Part shown: piece after piece, positions 34,817 through 49,207 of the stretch | Numbering within the stretch: the first letter of the stretch is position 1 | Layout: every line of letters starts with the position of its first letter | NCBI GenBank assembly: GCA_905178155.1 | Contig: CAJINV010000007.1 | Span: forward strand, 4,175,723 to 4,239,722 | Length of the DNA stretch: 64,000 nt | Source of the DNA: Amoebophrya sp. A120 | Lineage: Eukaryota > Protista > Dinoflagellata | Reading direction: 5' to 3' | The notes under the pieces: generated by a model | Seen by the model: only the letters and a program-made list of their open reading frames with translations | Told to the model about the DNA's origin: nothing | Databases searched by the model: none | Translations under genes and position numbers: made by a program

Positions 34817-37800
34817 ATGTCGTTCGCCAAACCTTACCCTCGCCCGTCCGCCCCGGACCCGGGGCCAAATGGGTCCGTTGTTGCGAATTGGGGACGGAGT
34901 CCGGTCGCGACCCGGACGTTAGTCTTCCCGCCATCGGGGTGGAAGGCCGAGCCAAAAGAGATGCAGCCGTTGAAGACGTTTCTGGCGCGGGATTGGGTGC
35001 ATGGCATCAACAAGGACGTGGACATCTGCGTCACGGATTTCGGCTGCATCTACGCGTGTGGGCAGCTGGTGATCGTTTTCGACGAGGCTGAGTCGACTCA
35101 GAAGTACTTTATTTTCGAGAAAATTTGATCTTGATGGCAATGGCTTTGCCCATGCATACACGGACTGAAAATATTATGTGTCAGGCATGGTGGATGCGTC
35201 GCTGGTGTAGTTCTTCGTGCGAGCGTTGAGTCGTATGAAAAGCGGTTGGACTGGTTAGAAACGTACTGCTCGAAATCATGATAATATCAGGTACTTCGAA
35301 GGCCACACGTCCGACATTACCTGCATCGCCTACAACAAGGAGCGCAATATCTGCGTCTCCGGGCAAAACGATCCGAAGGGCAACGCCGGACCGTTTCTCT
35401 GCGTTTGGTCCCCGGAGTTTCCGGCGAGCGGATCCTTCGCCGAGTGCAGGTACTTCGTCGACAAAACGGATCCGAAGGACATCGAAATCACCGACAACAT
35501 AAAAATGACCCAGGGCTACGTCTGTTTCCCGGAAAGGGTGCTGCGCGCACCCGTGAAAGAAAGCGGCCTGGAAAGAGTGCAGGTAGTACAGACTACTTCT
35601 TTAAATTGATGATGTTTTTCTTGTCCTCGTACTACGGTGAAGCAGAGTTATTTGTTCCCGGCCAGGGCATTGACGCGGCATCGTGCGCAACGAACAGTCT
35701 AAAACCTGTAGGTTTCCTACTTGGCAACAAGATTAATATTTTTATTTGTGACGCCACCTAGACTGTGTGTGACTGTGAGTGTGCCTGTAGACCACGAGGT
35801 AAATCTGTCTTGAATGAAAGTATGTGCATGTTGCTATCCAAACGAGCATAACATCAACATGATTACAGTACCCCATGGTCGTTGACGGTTCCTCGCAAGT
35901 CGAGGCCCCCCTCCGGAAAATTCAAGCCTGCGCCTTCACCCCGGACGGCCGCCGGGTTGTCGCCATGGGCGCGGACGACATGAACAGCCTGCTAGTCTGG
36001 GACATGGCAAAAATCCAGAACTTCAACGCGAAGAACCCCCCCTTGCAAACGTTGGTGTACCGGAAACCAACGGTGTATGGGAGTGTCAGAATCGAAATGG
36101 ACAAAATCGAAATGATTTGTCATGCATAAAACGGATTCCAGTTCGTGCCCAGCCCCAGTTTCTAAGTGGCGCATGACAAATTCTGGTGGTGCATAAATCC
36201 AGTTTGTAATGCTGTTTAGGCAAAGAAGACCGATTCTCTCATGCTGCTCTAACAGCTCGAGCTATAACCCCAAACAGGCTTACAATCGGCCTCACTTGCC
36301 TGTTCTGCAACGCACGCGCTTCGCGTCATGCATTTTATGCATCACAAATTTTTCGACTTTGTCAATTTCGATCCTGACAGTTCCATACGGTGGTAGTGCA
36401 AACGGGCCGGGACGCGATGCAGTCCATGCTGATGTTCAACATGACTCTTTCCCTCGAGGGAGCCGACAACGACGATGCGGCGACCAAATCCGTGTACTCC
36501 GCAAAACAAAATAAATCCTCCGCCTCCGCCGCTATCAACAAGGCCGCGGCAGCAAGGTCATCGCGAATGTCCTCTGCAACCAGACAGAGCCGAAGCAGTG
36601 CATCATCCGGAACAAACGGGAATTCCGCTACAGCGAAGGAGATGCCGCCGTTCCGGTTTCTGTTGTGGGGCGCGAACGACAAAACGTCGTATTTCAAAAA
36701 CTACGAGTGGCGCCACACGGAGTTTGTCACGAAAGTCGGGGTGTGGGGGAAATACCCGAAGCCCAAAAACATCAACGGTGCGGCCTACGACCTAGCCGAC
36801 GGATCGGGCGGGTCGCTGTGTCTTATCGGGGACAACGGGTTCTTCTACACGGTGAAGGGTGCGAACGTGCTGTCCGCGACCAAGATTGGATCCGAAACGC
36901 CGGATAGCCCCGCACCGTTTCTAGGATCGATCCAGTACTACAAGAATAGCATGTTCCTGGTCGGGGGGAACAGCGGCACTTTTTACATCTTGAAATGTAC
37001 TACGAGCAACCCGAAAACCTTGGACAAAATCGTTCTTTCTGTCCTCCCCGGGTCGGAGTCCGCGGTCGAGCAGCTGTCGAAGGTGAAGATTATGCAGGGC
37101 AGTATCGGACAGAGATTGAACGGTATTTGCGACGCGGTGGTCTACGGCTGCACCAACGGCAACACGTTCTTCCGCTACTTCCACAAAGACGCTCCTGAGA
37201 CGGCCACCGGGGATCAGACCCAGCCGGTCCTCACCGACGAGCTGCAGGCGGCTGGGGCGGCCGCGGCGGGGAACGTGAAAGCGAGGAATTCCACGACAGG
37301 AGAAAACAAGAACAGCCGGCCGGCGAGTCGGAGTGCGAAGAGCGGGCAAGGCCAGCCTGGAGGTGGGAATAAAACAACACCGTCCCGGCCGAGAAGTTCC
37401 GCGAGTCAGGCAGGGGCCCGGAGTTCGAAATCAGCGAGCCAAATAAATCAGATTCCGGGACGACACCTAGCGATTCTTTCCTTGGCCCACGGGGGGGAAA
37501 CGAAGGCACTCGCGATGCACCCGACGCTCCCGGGGGTGTACATCACGGCGGGGACGGACAAGGTCGTGCAGTTTTGGTCCAGTATCGAACGAAAACCTCT
37601 GGTGGGGAAGATGTTAAATATGGAGAAAGCGGTCCACAGTGTCGCTTTCGATGTTTCAGGGAAGCTTTTGGCAGTCGGGATGGCGGACGGCATGGTGGCG
37701 GTGTATGATTTCCCAGACGCCTTGTTCCAGAGAATCCTGTCTGACGTGAAGTGCGAGAATAGGGGGAAGGAATTTGGTATGACGGAAATCTTACGGATTT

Positions 37801-40281
37801 TTTTGCTCCACCCGGAGCGCCAGGCAGCAGATGCGTGACTCATGATAATATGAATACGCGATCAGACGTAAGCGTAGTTGTGTCTTGTATGTCTATGTGT
37901 ATTGCAGCATGATCGTGATGCTCTACTCTCGTCAAGTAGATCGGTTTAACACATCAAATTCGCAGGTCGCATGGTTGGTCTTCGGTTTTCCCCGCTTCTG
38001 AACCCGTCGAAAGCCGACACCATCCCGCCTTCCGCCAAGTACGACCGAAATCGGGAGCAGGCGAAGTCCATGTTTCTCGCCTGCGCGTGCTCCGACAACA
38101 AGATTTATTTGCTGAAGATCAAGGAAGTCGTCACGGGGGAAGACATCAAATCCGGGCAGAAACAGTACGGCTCCCAAGTCTCCATGCACAAGCAGCTCAT
38201 CGGCCATAGTACCACCCCGTACTGCCAGATGTTCTCCAACGACGGGCAGTATCTGATCACGAACACGAGAGACGGCCAGATCCGGGTCTTCCACACCATC
38301 AGCGGGCAGCTGCAGAAGTCCTTGATGGCGTTTCGCGACCTCCAACTGCAGCAGCCCTTCACCAACCTGCTCGCGTTCGAGACACTCGGCATGTGGACGA
38401 GTGAGTACGATTTGTCCATCCTGGACACGTGCTGCTCGTTTCAAAACGAACACTTGGCCATGGGGGACGACAACGGCCGGATTCGGCTGTACAAGTTCCC
38501 AGCGTGCTACCTAAACCAGCCCTACAACGAGTACTTCGGGCACGGGTGCGGCGTGGCGCAGGTCCGGTTCTTCGAGGAGCAGTCTCTGCCGGTGCTGATT
38601 TCCTGCGGCTACGTCGACAAAATGATCATCCAGTGGAGGCTCTGTGAGCCGAAGGACGAAGTCTACGCGTTCCAGAAGATACAGTAAGAGGAAGAACCTG
38701 CTGCCATGCTGTAGCTTTGTTCCATGACGCAATTACAAAATTCAATTTCTACTCTGAGCAGATGACTTTGTGCTACGACGACCATGCTTTACTTTTTCCA
38801 TTCAGTTGTACTTGTATCAGTTTAAGTCGCTACAAAATCAATGCAGATACCCCTGGACGTCGTTTTCCAACGGCTATGGTGACGTCGTCGACAACATGCT
38901 GGGCCGCGCTGCGGCCAGCAGCAGCCAGCGAGACAGAGCGCCTGGAGCAGGTGGTGGTCGCGCACTAGCGGATTATATGATCCCCGGGCCGGATGGCGTG
39001 CCGATTGTTCCATTTGAAGGAGATCAGAAACTGTTCCAACCCCCGCAAGAAATAGACGGAGACCAGCAAGCGGCCTCGAGTGCCAGTCCGCCGAAGTTGC
39101 GAGGAGGAAGGAGCCCGGTCGTGCAGCACGAGCGTAGAAGTACTAACGCAGCAGCAGGAGGACATCATGCACGAGTTGCGCAGCATCATCATCAAAGCTC
39201 GAGAGGAGCTGCTGGACATCATGAAAAAGCGACTTCCAGTTCCTCAAGAAAGCATCACGATCACGACCATATCAACCTCTACACCCATGATCGCCGCGAG
39301 CACTACCACCCGCCGCACCGCATGCAGCAGTCGTTTCGCTACGACACGAGGGCGGATCAGCCGAAGCCTGAGCCTTCCCGGGACCCGTTCACCTGGCGAG
39401 ATGAGAAGAGGAATGGTCCGAAGGATGATGATCAGGCAGCACATAGAGCAGGAGGAGGCTTTGATCAGGGATCAGTGCACTCAGTGCCACTGAGAGAACA
39501 ACATCACCAGCAACATGGCATGGCTGGACATCAGCGTGGTAGATCATCCCGCGCTGGAGGTGCTGGACCGCCGATGATGTACTACCAGGAGCCGCCAGAT
39601 CACGCGGGTCGGTCAGCATCACAACTGCAACCACCTCCGCACTACATGCTGCAAAACATGCAGCCGGCGCACGCGAACTTTTTTACGGCTCCGCCCGAGG
39701 AACTGCAGCAGCATTCGCGGAACATGGTGCACTTTCGGACCACGGGGAAGACCGTCCATGACGATACGACAGCGCACCAGGATATTAATCAGAGACTTCT
39801 TCATTCCCCCGGCAAGCAGTCGATCGGAAACCAGTCCAGCATCAACGGTCGCGGCGAGGTAACGTCGGTGTACAAATATCCGGAAAACGCACCGCCGAAC
39901 TTCGGCGCCACACGAGGTGGAACGCCGAATGGTTCTAAGGCGAACCACATAAATCAACGGCAGAGTGCCTTTCAGCCAGGAGAAAGGGCAACAAGGCAGC
40001 ACCAGCCGCACCAGGGGACGATGAAAAACGTCACGTTTGGGCGAGCCCGGGCAGCAGGGGCAGACCAACACCAAATCGAGCAGCATCGCGGGGACGTGGA
40101 GATGCAGCCACTCAATACCGCAGACCAGCAAGTCGCGGAGTTCTTCAAAATAACTCCTGACCATAACTCGAATTACCGACCCGCGCCTGGGCAGCCCGGA
40201 CAGAGGTCCGGGGGGAGCAAAAGTGCACAAACTCCCGCGGCGCGGAGGTGCAAGAGCATCGCGAATAAGATGAGACGATGA
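34817..40281 (+). CDS. EMAP/EML-like WD40 beta-propeller protein, multi-exon, low-complexity C-terminal tail
   Basis: RDWVHG, QKYFEGHTSDITCIA, LAMHPTLP..ITAGTDKVVQFW, GDDNGRIRLYKFPAC...YFGHGCGVAQVRF typical of EML proteins; link to ORF 38770-40281 inferred. Confidence 0.8.
36076..36387. mobile_element. Introner/MITE family A
   Basis: TATGGGAGTGTCAGAATCGAAA / TTTCGATCCTGACAGTTCCATA; perfect TSD CGGTG; removal gives YRKPTV-VVQTGRD. Confidence 0.93.
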
Positions 40282-41398
40282 AGATAGAGGGTCGGAGGTG
40301 CGGCGGAAGCAGGACGATGCAATTCTAATTGCGCCAGCAGCTGCAGGAGGATGTCTTCTATAGCCACTTTTTGTTTCGATCTAGTTGCAGAAGAACTTCA
40401 AGAAGAATACTCGAGCAAGCATTAAGAAACTTTTCTGGATTCAAATAACACCACGCAGAGCTGTTTTTGACGCCCACCTGGGGGCAGGCAATATCGAGTT
40501 TCCCGTTTTTTTCAAGGCCGCAAACCTTTTGTAGAATTATCTGCCACGACAAGATGAAGACTACAAAACGATAGCAGAACCTTGTAAATTTTGCACACTA
40601 AAGCAAGTAGTCAAAGTGAATAAAGTCACGCACCAAGAACTTTCGTATGATGACTAGGCAGGTCGCAAGCGCAAGGAGTTGGTGCCTTGGTGTTCCGTTT
40701 TTGACTTGGTTCTTTCAGCAGAACAAGGGTCGCTGCATGTTTTTTCTTTTTTGTCGCTGACACTGCGAAACAAGACGTACTTGGGCCACCCAATTGCAAT
40801 CGCATCAGTTGAGCTTTCTGTTGTCCCGCCAGGAGACTTGATTTTTTATTTTTTTCGCCGAAGATCGTCGGAAATCGAAATCAACTGCACTGGTGGTCTA
40901 TTGTCCACTACACTGGTGAGACGCATCAAAATCAAATAGGATCCTGTTTTTTTGGAAAGGCAATCGGTGTAACCATAATTCAAAGTGTAACCAAAGGAAA
41001 AGGAGATCATCCTCTCGCTCTCCAATATTTATCACGACCGCAAACACCACTTCTAGCTCTATCGTCATGACTATAATATCCGGCAAGCGAATTAGCTCGT
41101 CGCCGGATTCTGAAAATATTTTCGAAGCCACACGACGGAAGAGCAACCTGACTGAGTCGGCGAACAAGCTGCCAAGTATTTTGAATGATCCAAGAGCTTA
41201 GATAATGTCAAATAAACAGAAACAACACCATAAATAGGCTTAGCTTATTAAGTACAACATCTTTAAGAGCAACCGATTAGTAGAGTGACTTCTGTACTAT
41301 TGCCATTTCTACTACAAGCGAATTTTCGACACTTGATTGCTTTTCTAGTTTTTCTTTTTTCCCTCTGACTCCTATCAGGACCACATCAAGTTGTCAAG

Positions 41399-42700
<1,302 letters not shown>

Positions 42701-43629
42701 AATGTAGATGTACCTTTTTTCATGTTCGAAAATGGTACGATGAACCACATGAATTTGTGATCAAGCATTATGCCATATTGAGTTATATCAGAACTCCTCC
42801 GGCGTTCACGCTGCAAAGCAGCAAGTTGCCTTCTTGTGAACTCATTGTGGACGAGATTCATAACTGTCGTTCATGTCGTGCTCGTGACGTGCAGGCGCAA
42901 CATGTAAGGGAAATGAAACATGGCCGACGTTATTTATGATTACACTGTACCTCTATTGATGTACTCCACTTATTTCAACAGCGATTCTATTGCCATTACA
43001 ATTTAGGAGAAAGCCGCTCTTTGATGCGGATGCAGATAAGATCCAAATTCACAACTATACCGCCGTCTCTAATTATCGGGACCAAAGCGATTGCCAGCTT
43101 TTGCCTCTCATCCTTCGAACGCGCTCAAAAATCTGGCAAGGAAGTAGATAGAGTTCGAATAACAAAAAAAAGATGAGCAGTAGGTACTTGTTGTTTCACC
43201 CCGCTTATATTGATTGCCCACATCAAGTTTTGTTGATACCATCGTGGTAGTAGTACTAGCGCGATGTTGTCCCCCACACTTCTTTTGGTGAAAAACACGC
43301 CCACCCCACCTCAGAAACGCATTTTCCTCGTTGGATCCAGTAAATCTTACTCTAATACGCAAGTCGGTTCTTCGTCTCGTGGCCGGAGGACGAAAAAGAT
43401 ACGCAGAGGAAAAGCGCAACCACAAAAAGCCTGATATAGCCTCCTCAAATAATCTCACACGAAAAATAGTGTTCGGAGATAAAAATAAACATGTACTCAC
43501 AACTTTGCTCAGCCACTGCCACATAGTAGTCTGACATTTTCATCGGTCGAACTTCACTCTGTCATGGATTGTGATCATTTTCCGCAGGCTGTGCTGCAAA
43601 ACTAAAACATCGCTATAATCGTGAAGATA

Positions 43630-43700
43630 TATAGATGATGTTCGATGCACGAGAATACGATCCATGGGTAAGGAACATCTCGTAGGTTCTCACTTTTCAG
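43630..43700 (+). repeat. Split repeat A1 (71 bp)
   Basis: 68/71 identical to 44437-44507. Confidence 0.9.
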
Positions 43701-44140
43701 TTCCTACATCGATGTGAGCGAGGACCGTTCGGCCTCCACCCTCCCCAGAGCTCGAGTGGATTCGTCCACGCTCTGTTTTGCACTTCAATAAAAATAAAAT
43801 TTTGAACTTTCGCGGTTCAACGTATTTTTGTTGCTGCAAAATGTCTCAAGACTACCCACCTCCTGCCCCTGGCACCTCCGGTTGTTTTGTTCTGTTGGCC
43901 CACCAGCCGACCCTCCGATCCACACGCGCATATAAATTAAATCTCGAATTTTCGCGGATTTTGTAATCCGTTATAAATAAAATTTTGAGTTTTCGCGGTT
44001 TTTTGTGGACTTTCGCAGTATGCTCCGTTCTCTCCCTACTCTGTCTACGCTATCGTTGTCTGCATGGGAAAAATGATCCAACGAGCGAATGCATGCTGCT
44101 TCTTAGTCTCTTCAATGGGAGGGAGACATAGTACGGTCGA

Positions 44141-44507
44141 GCGTGGCATTGCTATATCCTAGTTGCTTTGCGAAAACAGTTCGGAAAGGCTCGCTGAGCC
44201 TTGTTTCACCTTTTCACAAAGATCCTTGTTGCTGCGCACGTTGCCGTGCTTGATCACGGTCAGGCTGCGTACCCCGCTTCCTGAAAGCATCGAATGTACC
44301 AGCAAGCTGACACTTTCTCCATGTACACATGAGGTTCCTCGAATATAGAAAAAAGATGTCGATGCAAAGGTATCGAAGATCAGCTTTGGATCGTTTTGGG
44401 TCGTGTTCGAGTAAAAAGAATTTAAGTATAAAACTTTATAGATGATGCTCGACGCACGAGAATACGATCCATGGGTAAGGAACATCTCGTAGGTTCTCAT
44501 TTTTCAG
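44141..44507 (+). repeat. Split repeats B1 (44141-44440) and A2 (44437-44507): internal copy of the circle junction
   Basis: B1 matches 51667-51966; B1 and A2 overlap at TATA. Confidence 0.92.
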
Positions 44508-44603
44508 CCCACCCGTTCCCATCCCTTTTTGATCTTTCTCACTCGCAGAGCATCGTTCGTGGATTAATTTTTGTGTGTACTTTTCGGAGTTCTTTAGTAA
44601 AAA

Positions 44604-45761
44604 ATGAGCACTTTGTTAGGAAGTTCCTTCGGATCTCTTGATACAGCGACCAGTGGTGACGACAGCCCTTTGCACATCCCTAATATATGCGATTTGCATT
44701 GGAAATTATTTAACGTCGACCACAAAATTACGGATCTATTTGTGCCCGAAGTGCAATCGCCTAGTCTATATTGTCCCACCGCCGCCCCAGACAGCCTCCT
44801 GCAAATCGAGGCGAGGGACACGCAAACGGACTGGGCCTTTCGGCAAGAAGTTGGAGTTAACGAGGTGCAGGGTTCCGATCTCCTGCATCAGTATCGTCAC
44901 GTACGTACGTTGGGACTTGCAGCGAAGCGCCTCATCCCGCCCACGTACTCGTTGGTGACCGCGGATATCTCGCCGACGAACGTGGTTTCTCCAGCTTTGC
45001 CTGGGCGACAAACCGGCTATACAGTCGACTCCAGAACAACTACTAATAGTTTTTGCAAGTTCTTGTTCTGGTTCAACCCGATCGGGCACCCCTGCTACGC
45101 GGGGTATATCGAGATCCTGTGTCGCGACTTCACCGATCTGCAGTTGGAAGAGTTTCTCAACTGCACCGAGTGTTTGGACAAGATTATTGCAGGCGTCGTG
45201 AAAAATTACGTGTCGAACGAGTTATATCTGCGTACAAACGACACCAACCTGCAGACTGACTTTGACATCGATTTGGTGAACACCGTCTTCGACGGTGTCG
45301 GCTCGGAGTTTCACTTTCAGGACGTCAAAGCCTGCCTCGAAACTTTTAACAGTAACGAGTTTTTCACGCCGGAAAATATTAATTTTAACGAGGACCTGGA
45401 TCGTGTTCAGGCCGCACTGTTTCTGCAGCGGCATCTGGTCGTCGTTCCGTCCAACACGCAAGAGACACGCCACGTCGGCGACATCGAGTTGTGCGCCTGC
45501 TGCGTCATCGACCCATCTGCTAGTGCGAACCTGGGTGCTAGCCTAGTCCGCGCGCTGGATAACAAGGTTTTCTTCGGTGCCTTTGGTTCGCTTGAAGAGA
45601 ATCGAAACGAAGCAGAAGTCGAAAACCCGGACGACCTAGAGGAGATCTGGCCGGTCTTCTTTCGTAAGCTGGGTCCGTCTACGCCCGACCCGCGGCAGTC
45701 CTTCACGACTTCATCTGATGTTTCCGGCAGAGCTTCTGCGACAATCAGAGGCGGCTTCTGA
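44604..45761 (+). CDS. YR element ORF1, 385 aa, unknown function
   Basis: Intact ATG ORF inside element, overlaps YR ORF by 44 nt; no motif recognised. Confidence 0.7.
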   Translation: MSTLLGSSFGSLDTATSGDDSPLHIPNICDLHWKLFNVDHKITDLFVPEVQSPSLYCPTAAPDSLLQIEARDTQTDWAFRQEVGVNEVQGSDLLHQYRHVRTLGLAAKRLIPPTYSLVTADISPTNVVSPALPGRQTGYTVDSRTTTNSFCKFLFWFNPIGHPCYAGYIEILCRDFTDLQLEEFLNCTECLDKIIAGVVKNYVSNELYLRTNDTNLQTDFDIDLVNTVFDGVGSEFHFQDVKACLETFNSNEFFTPENINFNEDLDRVQAALFLQRHLVVVPSNTQETRHVGDIELCACCVIDPSASANLGASLVRALDNKVFFGAFGSLEENRNEAEVENPDDLEEIWPVFFRKLGPSTPDPRQSFTTSSDVSGRASATIRGGF

Positions 45762-47676
45762 AGCCGCACAACCAGTCCTTCAGCAATCGCGTCCACTCGC
45801 AAAGTGGCGTGCGGAGAAACTGGAAAAAGAACAAGCTGCTTTTGAAAAATCGGAAGCAGATAAATTTATGCGTGAGCGAGAACTGCGGCGTGCTCGCGCA
45901 CCCGCATACATGCCGATGAACATTGATTTTTCGAAAATTCGTCATCCCGCGGACGCTGGGGACAGCTTTGGAGTTCTTCCCGACGATGTTGGCCTTCTTT
46001 CCGACGAGGAGGACCTTCTGAGTTTTGATAATAAGCCGCCTCGGCCTTCTGGGTTACTAGGGAGCTCGTCTTCGGCTCGCGCAAGATCCCCTCGTCGCAT
46101 CTCGACTACAATCAATAATTACAACAACGTCAACGTGATTTCGAGTTCTTTCAATTCTTCTACGACCACCGCCCAGAGCTTCGCATTTTTCCAGCCGCCG
46201 CAGCAGTCGTCGATGGAAAATCGTCGTGTGCAGTTCGAAGCCCCTGCTACGGAAATCGAAGAAGAATCTATTTTGCTACATGGTGGCTCGGTCGCTGACC
46301 CGCCTGTTGTGTCCGGTCAGCACCTCATGAATTTTCATGCTGCTCGGCGTGCTGCTGCCGTGTCCGGGCAAGCCGACATGCAGATCGATAACAAGAAAAG
46401 AATTCCGGACGAAGAAAATCTGACCGAGGAGCAAGCTCTTAATGCTATGCTTCAAATCGTCGAATCCGACGATCCTATGGCTGGGCCCGACCCGAAGCAC
46501 AAACCTGCTGGCGCCTCCATCAACAGCACCCCGCAGGAGATCACGGAGCAGATTAACATCGTGAACGAGAGTTTTCGCTGGAATAAGAATTCTTCCGTGA
46601 AGTACCGGGTGCAGTACGCCAGATATGCCAAACTCATGATCACTTGTGGTCTGCGTCCCTGGCCTGAAGATTGCACGCACTATTCAATGATGCTGCTCGG
46701 TCAGTTTATGCTGAAAATCGGGAAGGGAAAGCAATCCCGTTGTACGAACATCAGCCACATCAAGTCGTTTATCGCAGCCGCGTCCCCGCTGTCGCACAAC
46801 GCAAAAGAAGCCTACTCGGCGACTTTCAAGATGTTCTTGCGCCTCAAGGCCCCCGCCATGAAGAAGACGGGTTTTCGACTCAGTCATATGGTAGTCCTGC
46901 TGCTTAACATCGAAAATTTGCGGGTGCGCGTCGGTGCTTTGGCTACATCCAGGGGCGCGCCGATCCTGAAGTTTTATCAGTTCATCCTCGCCATTTGGTG
47001 GGGACACTTGAGATTCGACGATGCGGGATCAACCCGTCGTCTCTGCAACGGCGACGAGTTTGTGGAATACACAATTTTTAGTGCCAAGAACGATCAGTCC
47101 GGAGGTCATCGTGATGGCTGGCTTCTGGGCTGCGGGTGCAGTACGGCGCCGCTCGTTGGACAAGGTTATGTTCGCTTCTGCCCGGTCCACTGCATCGATA
47201 CGATGGACTGGCAGACCATGCGTTTCTGGGACATCCAACGTATTCGTGGTGCTTTTCTCGAGATGGTGGAGCGCGGTGGACTCCGTGATGAAGTCGACCA
47301 AATGGAGCGTAACGACGACATCGGTACGCACTCTGTGCGTATCGGTTCAGTGCAAAGTGCCTACGAAGGTGGTGTTCAGCAGCATGAGCTGCAGCTGATG
47401 GCCCGCCACAAGGACGCTAGCACCACCAAAGGTTACATCAACACCGCCCTCCTCTTCCCAGATACGATTACGATCGGGTGGCCACGCCTGCGGGGGACAC
47501 ATTTTGGTCCGAATCCGCATGCTGTGCGATTGGCGACAAATCATCAGTTCATGGCTCAGCAGAAGTGTTTCAGACGCGGCGTGCTCCCGCGTGACAGGGT
47601 GAATCACGCGGCGTTGTCCGACAGCTTCTTCGAGTATAGAAACCCAGCTGATGTTAACGATGATGCTGTGCCCTAA
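45718..47676 (+). CDS. Tyrosine recombinase with long disordered N-terminus
   Basis: WGHLRFDD (R), SAKNDQ (K), CPV, THSVRIG (HxxR), ARHKDASTTKGY (H...Y). Confidence 0.92.
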   Translation: MFPAELLRQSEAASEAAQPVLQQSRPLAKWRAEKLEKEQAAFEKSEADKFMRERELRRARAPAYMPMNIDFSKIRHPADAGDSFGVLPDDVGLLSDEEDLLSFDNKPPRPSGLLGSSSSARARSPRRISTTINNYNNVNVISSSFNSSTTTAQSFAFFQPPQQSSMENRRVQFEAPATEIEEESILLHGGSVADPPVVSGQHLMNFHAARRAAAVSGQADMQIDNKKRIPDEENLTEEQALNAMLQIVESDDPMAGPDPKHKPAGASINSTPQEITEQINIVNESFRWNKNSSVKYRVQYARYAKLMITCGLRPWPEDCTHYSMMLLGQFMLKIGKGKQSRCTNISHIKSFIAAASPLSHNAKEAYSATFKMFLRLKAPAMKKTGFRLSHMVVLLLNIENLRVRVGALATSRGAPILKFYQFILAIWWGHLRFDDAGSTRRLCNGDEFVEYTIFSAKNDQSGGHRDGWLLGCGCSTAPLVGQGYVRFCPVHCIDTMDWQTMRFWDIQRIRGAFLEMVERGGLRDEVDQMERNDDIGTHSVRIGSVQSAYEGGVQQHELQLMARHKDASTTKGYINTALLFPDTITIGWPRLRGTHFGPNPHAVRLATNHQFMAQQKCFRRGVLPRDRVNHAALSDSFFEYRNPADVNDDAVP

Positions 47677-48064
47677 ATTTTGCACGACATCGTTCCGGAT
47701 CTCGAACGTCAGTTATGTACGATCGTAAGACGGCTAACTGGTTCGAAGTCTTTTTATATCAGATCTTTTTGCAAATTTGAAGAAAACGAAAATCATATAA
47801 ATCCTCGCCTCCGATCAGCCCCTCGCAAATTCCATCTTAATTTGCTCCTCGCTGTTTAGGCTCTGTTCTCTCGATCTTTGATCTGCTTTTCACAATAACA
47901 AATTTACTTTTGCTTGCGTTTTTCGCTCGAAGTTAATTCGTTTTTCGTCTTCTTCATTTTTCGCTCACAGGGATTCGCGAACTGAAGATCTGTTTTAAGA
48001 CTTCGACCAGTTACTTGTTTTTGTCTTGCGACTTACTACTTCTTTTTCAACCCAAAAAGACAAA

Positions 48065-48883
48065 ATGGCAGCTGCTGTTCCGGGTGTGGCCGATGCCGCT
48101 GCTCTCATGCAGGCGAACATGATGGCTCAGGCCGAGATCGGTCTGGGTGTTTTGACCCAGCAGCAGGCCGATGACCTGCGTGTCGCGCAGCAGAACTGCT
48201 CCGATACTATCGACGGGCGCCAGTACTTGTACCTCTTGCAGATCGGTGGAAATCAGCGCTTGGATGCGTTGCACTCCGAGTCTACGCCGCCGACCTGCCG
48301 CCTGACGCCGGGTCAGACCCTTACGGGCTGTCGTGCCATCGAGTATTTAAACGACGATCAATATCGTTCGCTGAAGGACATGTTGTACGACGCCTGCCGC
48401 GACCAGATGCCGACTTTCGCCGATATCATGTCCGGAAATATGGAGAAGCTCGTTAAAGCCCTTCCAATTGAGAAGGTCTCCTCCATTTTCTCCAAATGTT
48501 TCAAGGAGACCCTTAAGCGCGACTTGCTGCCGAACGTCGCCGCGGGTAACGACGAGTATCAGCGCCGCTGCACGCTCGCGTTGACGAACAACTTCCGCAT
48601 CGCCTTTACCTCCGCAATTGCGCTCGAGAAGCGTCTGGCTGAGGTAACTCAAGATGTTGCTGCTACTTCGTATACACCGACTAGAATTAAGGCGGACGGC
48701 ACTCCCCTCAAGGAGGTGAAGAAAGTTGATCGTATTTGTATTGCGCACATTCGTGGCAAATGCACAAAGGGTGCTAAGTGCAAGGACTTACACAAAGCCC
48801 CTAAGGCACGGTTGATGAAGGTGTTGAAGAACTTCAGCATCACCTTGGCTGACGACGAGCTTAAAAAGTTCGTCAAAGAGTAA
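48065..48883 (+). CDS. Gag-like protein with CCCH zinc finger
   Basis: CIAHIRGKCTKGAKCKDLH = C-x7-C-x5-C-x3-H; helical N-terminal part; lies directly before RT. Confidence 0.75.
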   Translation: MAAAVPGVADAAALMQANMMAQAEIGLGVLTQQQADDLRVAQQNCSDTIDGRQYLYLLQIGGNQRLDALHSESTPPTCRLTPGQTLTGCRAIEYLNDDQYRSLKDMLYDACRDQMPTFADIMSGNMEKLVKALPIEKVSSIFSKCFKETLKRDLLPNVAAGNDEYQRRCTLALTNNFRIAFTSAIALEKRLAEVTQDVAATSYTPTRIKADGTPLKEVKKVDRICIAHIRGKCTKGAKCKDLHKAPKARLMKVLKNFSITLADDELKKFVKE

Positions 48884-49207
48884 TTTTTATGCCGTCCGCC
48901 TTTAACACTTGTATGCCCACCCGACATAGTCGTATGTAGTTTCCGTTCGATGACGCTACGCTTATGTTTCGGTTCGTACAAAATGCTTCGTTCACATGTA
49001 ACTTTTGGCGTACTGATTTCGTTGGACTTTGGAAATTTAAATAACAGATTCCGCACCTGCGATTTTAATCCGCGCTCCGCGTCTCCCCACGTCCAGGTCT
49101 CAACCCCCCTTGCTGTGGCCTACCTGTGGATGGAATAATAAGATCTTGTGCTCATTACTATATACTTGTTCAATTCTCTCTTACTTCTTTTTCTTTCTTA
49201 CATCATC

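Noticed and set aside
41380-41398. TCAAG before the TPI start (and before 56667) as relict spliced leader
   Set aside because: Only 5 nt match; not distinguishable from chance
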